Positions 1 to 9,225 of a DNA stretch of 64,000 nucleotides are shown piece by piece. Each line of letters opens with the position of its first letter. Position 1 is the stretch's first letter. Below the pieces are notes generated by a model. It saw only the letters and a list, made by a program, of their open reading frames with translations. It did not search any database and was not told the DNA's origin. Source of the DNA: Minisyncoccia bacterium (GTDB lineage: Bacteria; Patescibacteriota; Minisyncoccia; Phycocordibacterales; UBA9973); NCBI GenBank assembly GCA_049287045.1, contig JBAQFC010000001.1, positions 67,309-131,308 on the forward strand. Reading direction: 5' to 3'. Made by a program: the position numbers and the translations under genes.

Positions 1-246
1 CGGGTTCGAGGACCCTTTATGGTAGAGGGTGCTATTTACGGTATTATTGCTACTATTGTCACACTTATTGTTTTATTACCTTTGACTATTTGGTTTGGAC
101 GCAACATGACCGATTTCCTGGGACTTAATATGTATGATTATTTCCTTTCAAATTTCTTTCAAATTTTCGCAATTCTTTTATTATCAGGAGTATTGCTAGG
201 AATGATTTCTTCTTCTCTTGCAACACGCAGGTATTTAAATAAGTAA
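1..246 (+). CDS. C-terminal fragment of an FtsX-like ABC permease. The ORF enters from upstream of the window.
   Basis: Frame is open from base 1. The hydrophobic TM-rich tail ending ...SSLATRRYLNK resembles FtsX C-termini. Weak call. Confidence 0.4.
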   Translation, partial: RVRGPFMVEGAIYGIIATIVTLIVLLPLTIWFGRNMTDFLGLNMYDYFLSNFFQIFAILLLSGVLLGMISSSLATRRYLNK

Positions 247-252
247 AAATAT

Positions 253-1899
253 ATGGTAAACAAGGAAAATACAAAATTTATTTTTGTAGTGGGTGGAGTT
301 ATTTCTGGGGTAGGAAAAGGTATTACTTCATCTTCCCTTGGACTCATTTTAAAAAATCGTGGTTTTTCTGTTACTTCAATTAAAATAGACCCTTATATCA
401 ATGTCGATGCTGGTACAATGAACCCCACAGAACACGGTGAGGTTTTTGTGCTTTCAGATGGTGATGAAACGGATCAAGACATGGGAAACTACGAAAGATT
501 TCTCGATGTTAATTTAACTCGTATAAACTATATGACGACTGGCCGAGTGTACCAGACAGTTATTGAAAAAGAACGCAATCTAGAATACAAAGGTAAATGT
601 GTGGAGGTGGTTCCGCATATCCCATATGAAGTCATCAGGCGTATCAAAGAAGCAGGCAAAAAAGCTGAAGCAGATATTGTGATTGTGGAAGTTGGAGGTA
701 CTATTGGTGAATATCAAAATATGCTTTTCTTGGAAGCGGCTAGAATGTTGAAAATAGAACACCCAAGAGATGTCATCTTTGTAATGGTTTCTTATCTTCC
801 AATTCCTTCCAAAGTAGGTGAGATGAAAACCAAACCTACTCAACATGCTTCGAGACTTCTAAACGGTTCTGGAATTCAAGCAGATATTTTAATAGCACGT
901 GCTGAAACCAAGCTTGATGAAAAGAGAAAAGAAAAAATAGCACTTTCCTGTAATATTTTACCTGAGAGAATTATTTCAGCTCCAGATGTGGATTCTATTT
1001 ACGACATACCTTTAAATTTTGAAAAAGAAAATCTTTCTGATCGTATTTGTGATTTACTGGGAGTTACTTGTAAAAAACCAGATCCAAAAAAATGGAACGC
1101 TTGGAAAAATTTTGTTAAAAAAACACACAACAGTAAAGGAGTAGTAAAGATTGCCATGATTGGAAAATATTTTGAGACAGGGGATTTCGTTTTATCTGAT
1201 TCATATCTTTCTGTTATTGAAGCAATAAAATATTCCGCATATGCACAAGGAAAGAAGCCAGTTTTTTCTTGGCTTAACTCTGTTGAATATGAGACTAACC
1301 CAGCTAAACTAAAAGAACTTAAAAAATATGATGGTATTGTCGTTCCTGGAGGATTCGGCTCACGCGGAGTAGAAGGAATATTATCTGCAGTAAAATATGC
1401 ACGTTTGAACAAGATTCCATATTTCGGACTTTGTTATGGTATGCAAATGGTTGTGATTGAATATGCCAGAAATGTTTTGGGTTTGAAAGATGCGAATACT
1501 AAGGAAGTAAATCCTGATTCAAAAAATATTGTTATTGATGTAATGGAATCTCAGAAAGAACATTTAAAAAACAATTCTTACGGTGGGTCCATGCGTTTAG
1601 GGGCTTATAAAGCAGTTCTAAAAGATGGCACAGTCGCTCGTAGTGCTTATGGTAAGAAAGAAGTCATAGAAAGACATAGACACCGATATGAGGTGAATCC
1701 AGCCTATATCGAGGCTCTAGAGGCCAAAGGATTGGTGTTCTCTGGACGTTCCCCAGAAGGAAGTTTGATGGAGATTGCAGAGCTTCCAAAGACCAAACAC
1801 CCGTTTTTCTTGGGTACTCAGTTTCACCCAGAATTTCTTGCGCACCCTCTGTCACCACATCCACTTTTCAATGCCTTTATCAAAGCTTGTATTAAATAA
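253..1899 (+). CDS. pyrG: CTP synthase
   Basis: 548 aa with an N-terminal synthetase domain (GGVISGVGKGITSSSLG) and a C-terminal class-I glutamine amidotransferase domain (GLCYGMQ, HPEF). Confidence 0.95.
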   Translation: MVNKENTKFIFVVGGVISGVGKGITSSSLGLILKNRGFSVTSIKIDPYINVDAGTMNPTEHGEVFVLSDGDETDQDMGNYERFLDVNLTRINYMTTGRVYQTVIEKERNLEYKGKCVEVVPHIPYEVIRRIKEAGKKAEADIVIVEVGGTIGEYQNMLFLEAARMLKIEHPRDVIFVMVSYLPIPSKVGEMKTKPTQHASRLLNGSGIQADILIARAETKLDEKRKEKIALSCNILPERIISAPDVDSIYDIPLNFEKENLSDRICDLLGVTCKKPDPKKWNAWKNFVKKTHNSKGVVKIAMIGKYFETGDFVLSDSYLSVIEAIKYSAYAQGKKPVFSWLNSVEYETNPAKLKELKKYDGIVVPGGFGSRGVEGILSAVKYARLNKIPYFGLCYGMQMVVIEYARNVLGLKDANTKEVNPDSKNIVIDVMESQKEHLKNNSYGGSMRLGAYKAVLKDGTVARSAYGKKEVIERHRHRYEVNPAYIEALEAKGLVFSGRSPEGSLMEIAELPKTKHPFFLGTQFHPEFLAHPLSPHPLFNAFIKACIK

Positions 1900-1916
1900 T
1901 AATAATAATAAAATTT

Positions 1917-2528
1917 ATGTTTAATAATTTTTTTAATAGATTTAGTAAAAAAACAGAAGAAGTTAAAGAAGAAGATAAAAGAATAAATGAAAATGATTTA
2001 AAAGGTCATTTAAGAAAATATGTTCCTGTTGAAGATATATCTTCAGGTGATGAATGGGAAAGATATGGTGAGGATTCAGACAATCCTGAGGATGAAGAAA
2101 AGGCTAAATATGAATCAGTATTAACTTCTGACTCTCCATTGGAAGATCACGAGGAAGCATTTTTACATTCTTTAAAAGAAGAAACTGAAAATTCAATAGA
2201 GGTCAACGAAAAATTGATTGAAGAAGAAAGACAAAAATTATTTTCGCAGTTCGTAAAAGATGAAGAAAATAAAAATGGTTTTACAAAAATTGAAAATCTT
2301 AAAAAAGATTTTATTCCTGAGGAGAGACAAGAAAAAATAAATATAAAGGAAGAAAGAAAAATACAAACAACAATGAGTCCTTTGAAAAGAGTTTCTTCAC
2401 AGCAAGATGTTAGAAAAGAATTATGGCCTCGTTCTAAAAAGGATAATCTAAAAACAATGAATGATAAAAAGAAAGAAAGAGTAACTAGAGCTAAAATAGC
2501 TAAAATATTAGATTCTCAGCAGGGTTAA
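1917..2528 (+). CDS. Hypothetical acidic, K/E-rich protein
   Basis: 203 aa ORF of highly charged low-complexity composition with no recognisable domain. It follows pyrG after a (TAA)n run. Confidence 0.45.
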   Translation: MFNNFFNRFSKKTEEVKEEDKRINENDLKGHLRKYVPVEDISSGDEWERYGEDSDNPEDEEKAKYESVLTSDSPLEDHEEAFLHSLKEETENSIEVNEKLIEEERQKLFSQFVKDEENKNGFTKIENLKKDFIPEERQEKINIKEERKIQTTMSPLKRVSSQQDVRKELWPRSKKDNLKTMNDKKKERVTRAKIAKILDSQQG

Positions 2529-2544
2529 ATTAATAACTTAATTG

Positions 2545-2615
2545 TTGCGAGACTTGGACTCGAACCAAGATAACCTCCTCCAGAGGGAGGTGTCCTACCA
2601 TTAGACGATCTCGCA
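2545..2615 (-). tRNA. tRNA-Gln (anticodon CUG)
   Basis: The plus strand carries ggactcgaacc, the reverse complement of a T-arm GGTTCGAGTCC. On the minus strand a cloverleaf folds with a 7-bp acceptor stem TGCGAGA/TCTCGCA, D-arm GTCT..GGAC, anticodon stem CCTCC/GGAGG and loop CUCUGGA, giving anticodon CUG. Confidence 0.65.
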
Positions 2616-2656
2616 ATACGTATAGACTACCGTAAAATTTATATTTTTTCAAGTTA

Positions 2657-3121
2657 ATGACAAGGTTGAACCTTGTCAAAAAATATATGATTCATCTACA
2701 AAAACCAGAAAAATTCAATAGTAAATTTGAAGTTGTAAGTTGTTTCTTTGAACAGGATGGCAAGATTTTGTTGTTGCACCGTCAGGATCATAAGCCTCAA
2801 GGAAATACTTGGGGAGTTCCAGCTGGAAAAGTTGAAGATGGAGAAAATCCATTACAGGCAATAGTTCGAGAACTTGAAGAAGAAACTGGATATGGTGCGG
2901 ATGAAGACCAGTTTAAATTACTTGGTACAGTTTTTGTTCAATATCCAGATTATGATTTTATTTATTATACATTCTATTTTCCATTAACAGGAAATTACGA
3001 GGTAAAAATAGAATCAAAAGCTCATAAGGCTTTTGAGTGGATGACACCCGAAGATGCTCTAAATAAAGACTTGATTCCTGATTTGGATAATTGTATTAAA
3101 CTTTATTATAATCTTTCCTAA
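2657..3121 (+). CDS. Nudix hydrolase. The true start may be the ATG at 2687.
   Basis: Nudix box GKVEDGENPLQAIVRELEEETG. The first 10 codons overlap the 19-bp palindrome at 2659-2677. Confidence 0.8.
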   Translation: MTRLNLVKKYMIHLQKPEKFNSKFEVVSCFFEQDGKILLLHRQDHKPQGNTWGVPAGKVEDGENPLQAIVRELEEETGYGADEDQFKLLGTVFVQYPDYDFIYYTFYFPLTGNYEVKIESKAHKAFEWMTPEDALNKDLIPDLDNCIKLYYNLS

Positions 3122-3124
3122 TAT

Positions 3125-3149
3125 ACATAGGAAACTCCTATGTAGTCTA
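3125..3149. repeat. 25-bp hairpin-containing direct repeat ACATAGGAAACTCCTATGTAGTCTA, copy 1
   Basis: Identical to 3379-3403. Contains the palindrome CATAGG-AAACT-CCTATG. Confidence 0.8.
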
Positions 3150-3168
3150 GATAGTAATATTAAAAATC

Positions 3169-3384
3169 ATGAATAATAAAATACAATTAGGTAAATACGA
3201 ACATTATAAAGGAAATCAGTATGAAGTTATTGGAGTTGCGAAACACAGTGAGACTTTAGAAGATCTGGTTGTATATCGTGCTTTATATGGTGAAAATGAA
3301 TTGTGGGTCAGGCCATTAAAGATGTTTTTAGAAACAGTAGAAGTTGAAGGTAAACAAATTCCAAGGTTTAAGCTAATTACATAG
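3169..3384 (+). CDS. DUF1653 family small protein
   Basis: 71 aa with the signature YEHYKGNQYEV...HSET...VVYRALYG...WVRP typical of DUF1653. Confidence 0.65.
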   Translation: MNNKIQLGKYEHYKGNQYEVIGVAKHSETLEDLVVYRALYGENELWVRPLKMFLETVEVEGKQIPRFKLIT

Positions 3385-3403
3385 GAAACTCCTATGTAGT
3401 CTA
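3379..3403. repeat. 25-bp hairpin-containing direct repeat, copy 2
   Basis: Identical to 3125-3149. Overlaps the stop codon of the DUF1653 gene. Confidence 0.8.
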
Positions 3404-3417
3404 TGTAGTAAACAAAT

Positions 3418-3633
3418 ATGAAACAATTTATTATAATCCTACTGGCTATTATTTGTATTGCAGGCATTGTCGGCGCATTTTGGGCTGTTTTAGGACCTAC
3501 GCCTTTTAAGGCAATTGATAAGGATATTAACTTGGTTACAAAATCAATTAATATTATTTCTGGTAAAAATTCTCAACAGATTAAAAAAACTTCTGGTAAT
3601 AATACCAATATTATCAGTCCTATAAAGCAATAA
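3418..3633 (+). CDS. Small membrane-anchored hypothetical protein
   Basis: 71 aa ORF with an N-terminal TM helix. Confidence 0.35.
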   Translation: MKQFIIILLAIICIAGIVGAFWAVLGPTPFKAIDKDINLVTKSINIISGKNSQQIKKTSGNNTNIISPIKQ

Positions 3634-3650
3634 AGTTGCTTGTCATTTAA

Positions 3651-3669
3651 GACAAGGTTGAACCTTGTC
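3651..3669. promoter_or_regulatory. 19-bp perfect palindrome GACAAGGTTGAACCTTGTC. It also occurs at 2659-2677 and is a candidate operator.
   Basis: Exact duplicate of the site at 2659-2677 within conserved flanks (A(T/A)GACAAGGTTGAACCTTGTCAAAAA). Both lie immediately upstream of plus-strand genes. Confidence 0.5.
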
Positions 3670-3737
3670 AAAAACTTAATACTGAAAAACTTTCATGTTA
3701 TAATATATATATTATTAATTAGTTAAAAATAATTTTT

Positions 3738-4238
3738 ATGAATTTATCAAAAAGTTTTTGGGTTGTTGTAGCAATTGCTATTATTATTTTAAGTGGTTGG
3801 TATTTTATGTCGATGAAGTCTATACAAACAGAAGTGTATATGCCTTCTAGTACAGTTTTGAATACTATACCAGCTAAAACAACTAATGAGCCAATAGTTG
3901 CCGTATCAATTGTTACAGTTTCTTCTAGTTCAAAATTGGGTAGTTATTTAGTAGCGTCAAATGGAATGACATTGTATACATACGCCAAAGATACTGCGAA
4001 TGTAAGTAATTGTTCAGGTTCATGTGCTGTCAATTGGCCACCTTATTCTCCTTCAGCCAGCCAATCTATTGATTCCAATAATTCTATGAACGGTCAGCTT
4101 TCCACTATTAATCGTGCGGATGGTACTAAGCAATTCGCATACAAAGGAGCTCCTATTTATTTCTGGAAGAATGATACAAAACCAGGAGATACAACAGGAC
4201 AAGGTGTCGGTGGTATCTGGTATATTGTTCAACCCTAA
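3738..4238 (+). CDS. Secreted or lipoprotein-like protein with two PF03640-type (Yx[FWY]xxD) secreted repeats
   Basis: N-terminal TM/signal, then LGSYLVASNGMTLYTYAKD...CSGSCAVNWPP and a second GTKQFAYKGAPIYFWKND repeat. An extended -10 (TGTTATAAT) lies at 3696-3704. Confidence 0.55.
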   Translation: MNLSKSFWVVVAIAIIILSGWYFMSMKSIQTEVYMPSSTVLNTIPAKTTNEPIVAVSIVTVSSSSKLGSYLVASNGMTLYTYAKDTANVSNCSGSCAVNWPPYSPSASQSIDSNNSMNGQLSTINRADGTKQFAYKGAPIYFWKNDTKPGDTTGQGVGGIWYIVQP

Positions 4239-4267
4239 TTATTATTAGAAATTAATTATTTTATTTT

Positions 4268-4453
4268 ATGATGAAACTTGCTTGTAAAGATTTAAACCCT
4301 TCCACTACTTGTGCTTTTGAATCTACTGGAGATACAAAAGAAGAAGTAGCTAGTAGAATGATGGTTCATGCTAAGGTGGTTCATGCGGATGATTTAAAAA
4401 ATATGTCTGATGAGGATATCATAAAAATGATGGAATCAAAAGTTCACGAATAG
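4268..4453 (+). CDS. DUF1059 family small protein
   Basis: 61 aa; MKLACKDL...C.FE.TGDT.EEV...HAK.VH matches the DUF1059 pattern. Confidence 0.6.
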   Translation: MMKLACKDLNPSTTCAFESTGDTKEEVASRMMVHAKVVHADDLKNMSDEDIIKMMESKVHE

Positions 4454-4475
4454 TTTTTAAAATCAAGAATAAAAA

Positions 4476-4511
4476 CAGCCAGCACTCGAAAGAACGCTGG
4501 CTATTTTTATT
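4476..4511. terminator. Rho-independent terminator between convergent genes
   Basis: Hairpin CAGCCAGC-N12-GCTGGCT followed by ATTTTTATTT. Confidence 0.7.
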
Positions 4512-5154
4512 TAATAAACAATTTATGCAAGAATTTTAATATAGAAATAATTATTATCAGAACAATTTGGAAGATTATATTGATCAAAATAAGAGATATG
4601 GCGAGTAATCCTAGGTGAGTAAAGAAAGGCCAGGGGATGAATATTAAAATGATTATTAAAAACCATACATTTTTTAAGTCCTGCCACGATGGTCCTATCA
4701 TCGCTCCTATGTTCAAAAATAAAAATATTGTCACTAAATTTTTCCAATTTAGAATATTGATTTGTTTCAAAAAATTTAGAGAATCGGTCAATAAAAGTTT
4801 CCAGTTAGAAAATTCAGGCATGTGATAGATATTTATAAAAAAATATTCTCGGACAAAAAATAGAACTATTAATCCTCCAAAAATTGGAGCAATTGCAATC
4901 AGTAAATTGCCTAATATTGGTAACTTGGAACTAGAGTAAGAGACGCGTGGTTGATCTACAATAACTTTGTATTCACTAATTCTAGCACCAGTCAAAAGAC
5001 ACATAAGAGCATGAGAACTTTCGTGAATAAAAGCTCCGAAATAATAGAGTAAATAATTTATTTTGTAATTCAAAAAACGCCAATTCAGCCAGTTACTAAT
5101 ATAACCCAGAGTGCTGATTATTATGATAATTATTCCGATAGTCATCTCTTTCAC
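4507..5154 (-). CDS. Polytopic membrane protein with an HExxH motif, a putative membrane-embedded zinc metallopeptidase (DUF3267-like)
   Basis: 215 aa with multiple TM segments and FIHESSHALM (HExxH). Confidence 0.45.
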   Translation of the reverse strand: MKEMTIGIIIIIISTLGYISNWLNWRFLNYKINYLLYYFGAFIHESSHALMCLLTGARISEYKVIVDQPRVSYSSSKLPILGNLLIAIAPIFGGLIVLFFVREYFFINIYHMPEFSNWKLLLTDSLNFLKQINILNWKNLVTIFLFLNIGAMIGPSWQDLKNVWFLIIILIFIPWPFFTHLGLLAISLILINIIFQIVLIIIISILKFLHKLFIK

Positions 5155-5194
5155 AATATAAGGTTATCTGATTCAGTGTGATATAGCAAGAATT

Positions 5195-5230
5195 AAAAAA
5201 CTCTTCTAGTAATAAGAAGAGTTTTTTAAT
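5195..5230 (-). terminator. Rho-independent terminator for the minus-strand gene 5243-5623
   Basis: Hairpin AAAAAACTCTTC-N9-GAAGAGTTTTTT with a U-run on the minus strand. Confidence 0.6.
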
Positions 5231-5242
5231 TTATATATAAGA

Positions 5243-5623
5243 TTATTTTTTAGCTATTTTCTTAACAGCTTTTTTAACTTGTTTTTGGGCACCTTTCCAT
5301 TCGCTCTTTAGTTGTTTAGCAAAAGCTTTTATTTCAGGAGCATGTTCTTTGTATTGTTTACCATAACTTGCTGTAATAGCGTCTACTGCTTTATGATAAA
5401 CTGGTTCGGTAGCATTTTTGATTGTTGTTATTTTCTTTGCGACTTCTTTTTTCATGCTGGCCATCCAAACAGCAGCTTTCTTTTGATTCTTTTTACCGTT
5501 TGGTCCAAGGAAATAATAAGCTCCTGCTCCTAATGCTGCAACTCCTGCTCCTATTGCTAGTACTTTACCAGTTGATATTCCACTTTTCTTTGCTACTTTC
5601 TTTGCTACTTTTTTTTGTGCCAT
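5243..5623 (-). CDS. Hypothetical Lys/Ala-rich protein with one TM segment
   Basis: 126 aa ORF with KK-rich termini and a central hydrophobic segment. Confidence 0.4.
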   Translation of the reverse strand: MAQKKVAKKVAKKSGISTGKVLAIGAGVAALGAGAYYFLGPNGKKNQKKAAVWMASMKKEVAKKITTIKNATEPVYHKAVDAITASYGKQYKEHAPEIKAFAKQLKSEWKGAQKQVKKAVKKIAKK

Positions 5624-5662
5624 GATTTTAATTTATATTAATTATATTAAATGATTGTAATA

Positions 5663-5929
5663 TTATGATTTTGTTTTGGTTGCTTTTCGACCTTTTCTCT
5701 TTTTACCAAAAAGAAATTGAAACACTGCACTCTCTTGTATATCTAGAAATATATCTTTTGCTGTACCACTGATTGTATCTGCGTCTTTTTCTACTTTCTT
5801 TAAGATTCGTGAAAAGATGTGCATTATATTTATAAGATATAATAAAAATATTATAGCTAAAATCCACAACATAAAAAACCCGGCTGAAGAAATTAGAAAA
5901 AAAATCTCTGACTGTGCGTTTGTATTCAT
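5663..5929 (-). CDS. Small membrane hypothetical protein
   Basis: 88 aa with one TM helix and a basic C-terminus. Confidence 0.3.
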   Translation of the reverse strand: MNTNAQSEIFFLISSAGFFMLWILAIIFLLYLINIMHIFSRILKKVEKDADTISGTAKDIFLDIQESAVFQFLFGKKRKGRKATKTKS

Positions 5930-5964
5930 AGTTTTATTATACTACTTGTTTAATAAAAGGGGAA

Positions 5965-6972
5965 TTAGTTTATTTCGATATCAACATATAAAATCTGGGG
6001 GAATTTTTCTCGGATTCTTTTTTCTATTTTATCTATATGGTTGCCGACTAGTCGAGGGACACGGTCAGTCATTTTAAACATTAGTTTTGTAAATTCACTA
6101 AAATCATCTTTGATTTCATCAAATTCTTCTTTTAAATCACCGGCTCTATAGATTTCTTCATAAAGAGGTGAGCCATTCCATTCAACTGTGGCGTATATTC
6201 TGTATTGATTAATATCGACAGCAACAGATTTGAAATCTGAAATGTTTTCAATACAAGGATCCTCTAGTAAAAGTTCTGTTATCTCTTCTACAACTTCTTC
6301 GCTCAATGATTTACCTATGATATATTGATGATTCTTTTTAATTAGAAGAACAGCTAAAAATCCAAGAATCAGACCGATTATTATTCCACCGATTGCGTCA
6401 AAAACATTATTTCCTGTAAGGTACATCAAAAATTGAGCAAGCAAAGCAACTAAAACACCAATGACGGCCGCTCCATCTTCATAAACAACTGCCAAAGTAA
6501 CAGGATCAGCATCCTCAAAAATTTTCTTTGTAAATTTATCTTTACCCTTTAGTTCTTTAAAAGCAATAATTAAAGTAATTCCCTCGATTACAAAAGAAAT
6601 ACATAAAACAGAAATTATAAAATAGTTCAAACCAGAGACTTCACTACTATTATAGTGAATTAAAGAGTCTATTGAATGATACACAGTGATACCTGCACCA
6701 ATAAAAAGAATTCCACAGGCAGATATTAAAGACCAAAAAAATCTCTCAATACCGTAACCATACCCTCTAGAACTGTCCGCTGGTTTTTTAGATCTTTTTA
6801 AACCAACCAATAAAAGAGATTGATTGAGAGTATCAGCGAAACTATGCACGCTTTCAGCAAACATACTGGCAGATCCAGAAAAAAGGGCAACTATTGTCTT
6901 CATAATGGTGACAAAAATGTTGCCCAAAAGAGCTGCGATGACTGATTTATTACCTTGAGTTTTGTGTGACAT
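5965..6972 (-). CDS. Cation diffusion facilitator (CDF) family metal efflux transporter
   Basis: 335 aa; the N-terminal TM domain carries the HSFADTLNQ signature, and there is a C-terminal cytoplasmic domain. Confidence 0.85.
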   Translation of the reverse strand: MSHKTQGNKSVIAALLGNIFVTIMKTIVALFSGSASMFAESVHSFADTLNQSLLLVGLKRSKKPADSSRGYGYGIERFFWSLISACGILFIGAGITVYHSIDSLIHYNSSEVSGLNYFIISVLCISFVIEGITLIIAFKELKGKDKFTKKIFEDADPVTLAVVYEDGAAVIGVLVALLAQFLMYLTGNNVFDAIGGIIIGLILGFLAVLLIKKNHQYIIGKSLSEEVVEEITELLLEDPCIENISDFKSVAVDINQYRIYATVEWNGSPLYEEIYRAGDLKEEFDEIKDDFSEFTKLMFKMTDRVPRLVGNHIDKIEKRIREKFPQILYVDIEIN

Positions 6973-7047
6973 GACTTGAATTGTAGCACATTTATTGTTT
7001 TTTACACTCGCTTTAACTGGTTTTTTCTAGTAAAATTAAGATTATAT

Positions 7048-7449
7048 ATGGAATCAAATTTAAAAGAACAAATTTCACCTATAGCATCAACACCAACTAT
7101 TAGTATCTGTCCGGTTTGTCACCAGCCGGTAATTTCTCAGTATTTTTTTTGCCCCAATTGTGGTACTGAATTAACCTCTGCTAAACTTTCTACAACTGTA
7201 GTAACTCAAGCATGGATATACATATTCAGTATTATTCTGCCTATGATTGGTTTTATTTTTGTAAAAAAGTGGCCAGGTACAAAATATTTTAAATCTGATG
7301 ACCCAAAAGCAAAAGTAATAGGCCAGGTTGCTTGGGTGATATTACTGCTTTCTACAATCATTACAGTTTGGCTCGCAATCACTTGGACACAAAAAACCAT
7401 CCAGTCTTCACTCGATAGTATCAATATTGATTTGGGTTCAGGTTTTTAA
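7048..7449 (+). CDS. Zinc-ribbon membrane protein. The ORF opens at 6976, but a start at M25 (7048) is more likely.
   Basis: CPVCHQ...CPNCG zinc-ribbon followed by two TM helices. Confidence 0.4.
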   Translation: MESNLKEQISPIASTPTISICPVCHQPVISQYFFCPNCGTELTSAKLSTTVVTQAWIYIFSIILPMIGFIFVKKWPGTKYFKSDDPKAKVIGQVAWVILLLSTIITVWLAITWTQKTIQSSLDSINIDLGSGF

Positions 7450-7477
7450 AAGTATCAAGAATCATTCATATAATATT

Positions 7478-8518
7478 ATGAGAAAAATATCCAAAAATTT
7501 TATCATCTTGCTGTTTTTCTTTACCTTTTTATTTTTTGGGGTTTTGTTTGTAAATGCACAAAATACTCAACAAACTACTGCATTACCAGTAGTCCTCCCA
7601 ACTATTCCACCGACAACACCTGTGCTTGTTCCAGATAGATTTATTGTTCCATTGAATATGACTTTTGATCAGATAGTTCAAAATCTTTTAGAACAAAATT
7701 ATATTAAAAATAAAGATGATTTTACTTTAGTATTTTCAAAAACAAAAGGTGGTATTGTACCAGGAGCATATAAAATAAATACCACCATGACAATTAATAA
7801 TATTTCTAAAATATTACATACCAAGCCATATATGAAATGGGTCGTTATTCCTCCTGGTTTACGCAAAGAGGAAATTGCTGAACTTTTAGCTACTAATTTA
7901 GGTTGGACAAAATTACAAAAAAATAATTGGATAAATATTTATACAAAAATGAAATACGATTATGTTGAGGGAGTTTATTTTCCTGACACATATTTGATTC
8001 CAGTGAGTGAGACACCTCAAGCTGTATCTAAAAGATTAATTTCTAAATTTAATGAAAAGTTTACACCATATTTACCTCAGTTTCAGACTCAAAATATACA
8101 ATGGACCAAAGGACTCACTATTGCTTCTATTGTTCAGAGAGAGGCTTCTAGTGATGCAGATATGCCTTTAATTGCTGGTATTTTATTGAATCGTTTGAAT
8201 CAAAAAATACCTCTTTCTGTCGATGCGACTTTGCAGTATGTTCGTGGAAATAAAGGAAAGGGTTGGTGGAGTTCGATTAGTATTGCTGATAAAAAAACTG
8301 ATTCACCTTACAACACATATAGACATGCAGGACTTCCTCCACACCCGATTTCTAACCCTGGAATACCTGCAATTGAAGCAGTCTTGAATCCAACTAAAAC
8401 AGATTGTCTTTATTATTTGCATGATAGGGAGCATATTACACATTGTGCGGTGACGTACGATGAACACAAGGCAAATGTTGAGAAGTATCTGAAAAAACCG
8501 TTAAATAACAATATATAA
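7478..8518 (+). CDS. mltG: Endolytic murein transglycosylase MltG (YceG family). The ORF opens at 7427.
   Basis: N-terminal TM, then the YceG signature ...SPYNTYRHAGLPPHPISNPGIPAIEAVLNP...LYYLHD. Confidence 0.75.
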   Translation: MRKISKNFIILLFFFTFLFFGVLFVNAQNTQQTTALPVVLPTIPPTTPVLVPDRFIVPLNMTFDQIVQNLLEQNYIKNKDDFTLVFSKTKGGIVPGAYKINTTMTINNISKILHTKPYMKWVVIPPGLRKEEIAELLATNLGWTKLQKNNWINIYTKMKYDYVEGVYFPDTYLIPVSETPQAVSKRLISKFNEKFTPYLPQFQTQNIQWTKGLTIASIVQREASSDADMPLIAGILLNRLNQKIPLSVDATLQYVRGNKGKGWWSSISIADKKTDSPYNTYRHAGLPPHPISNPGIPAIEAVLNPTKTDCLYYLHDREHITHCAVTYDEHKANVEKYLKKPLNNNI

Positions 8519-8534
8519 CTCGTTTTTTATTCTA

Positions 8535-8563
8535 TTGACAAATAGCCTTATTTGCGCTATAAT
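8535..8563 (+). promoter_or_regulatory. Consensus sigma70 promoter TTGACA-17-TATAAT
   Basis: TTGACA at 8535-8540, a 17-nt spacer and TATAAT at 8558-8563, upstream of the gene at 8620. Confidence 0.6.
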
Positions 8564-8619
8564 TAAGGGGTAATATAGACCTTTAACAATTCAAAAAATA
8601 ATCTAAATCTTTCCAGAAA

Positions 8620-9183
8620 ATGAAAACAAGAGAAATAATGAACTACCCGATAATAGTTGCGGTGGGACAAGGAATAGAAAACTTTAATAAAGAAACAGGT
8701 TCTTATGATATTGAATCTTGTGAAAATAAAGTTTTTAAATACATAGTAATTCATAACCCAGCTTTAGGGGAAAATGCTTTACAATTATTAATCTTTCAAG
8801 AAAGTAAACCATATTGTTTGCATGCTGCAGCTGTATGGGCTTATATGAGAGAAAATAATATAACCACTTTGACGATAAATGGTGGAGGTAAAGTTTCCTT
8901 TTTAAAGAAAAAGGATGGACCATTTGAAATAACATTTCACGGTGAGTCTGGTTCTTTTAAAAAATCATCAATAGAGGATTTTATTTCTATCGTTGAAAAA
9001 TTAGAAGAGATTTATACTGAAAAAGATAGAACTCCTGAAATTACTATTTCTAATATTTCTAACAGAAAATCATTCGAACTTGATGGTATATCTTTAAATC
9101 AAGATGATGTTCTGAAGGAAATAAAAAAATGTTCCATGTTGGAGTATACAGTCCTTACTTTGAACCCTCTTTCTGATTTATGA
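8620..9183 (+). CDS. Hypothetical protein
   Basis: 187 aa ORF preceded by a consensus promoter. No recognisable domain. Confidence 0.45.
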   Translation: MKTREIMNYPIIVAVGQGIENFNKETGSYDIESCENKVFKYIVIHNPALGENALQLLIFQESKPYCLHAAAVWAYMRENNITTLTINGGGKVSFLKKKDGPFEITFHGESGSFKKSSIEDFISIVEKLEEIYTEKDRTPEITISNISNRKSFELDGISLNQDDVLKEIKKCSMLEYTVLTLNPLSDL

Positions 9184-9225
9184 AGAAAGTATTAAATATA
9201 TATTTAAACTAATAAATTATAAATT

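Noticed and set aside
580-1864. Several antisense ORFs of 60-140 aa inside pyrG, with similar cases inside dnaE, the giant gene and others
   Set aside because: They are fully embedded opposite well-supported conserved genes. They have AT-rich low-complexity translations and are typical six-frame noise.
1896-1914. (TAA)5-6 microsatellite at the pyrG stop
   Set aside because: It is a short simple repeat in an AT-rich intergenic spacer with no evident function beyond multiple stop codons.
6976-7047. N-terminal 24 codons of the zinc-ribbon ORF
   Set aside because: It would start 4 nt from the divergent CDF start codon, and the 5' extension is hydrophobic and low-complexity. The Met at 7048 (MESNLKEQ) is the likelier start.
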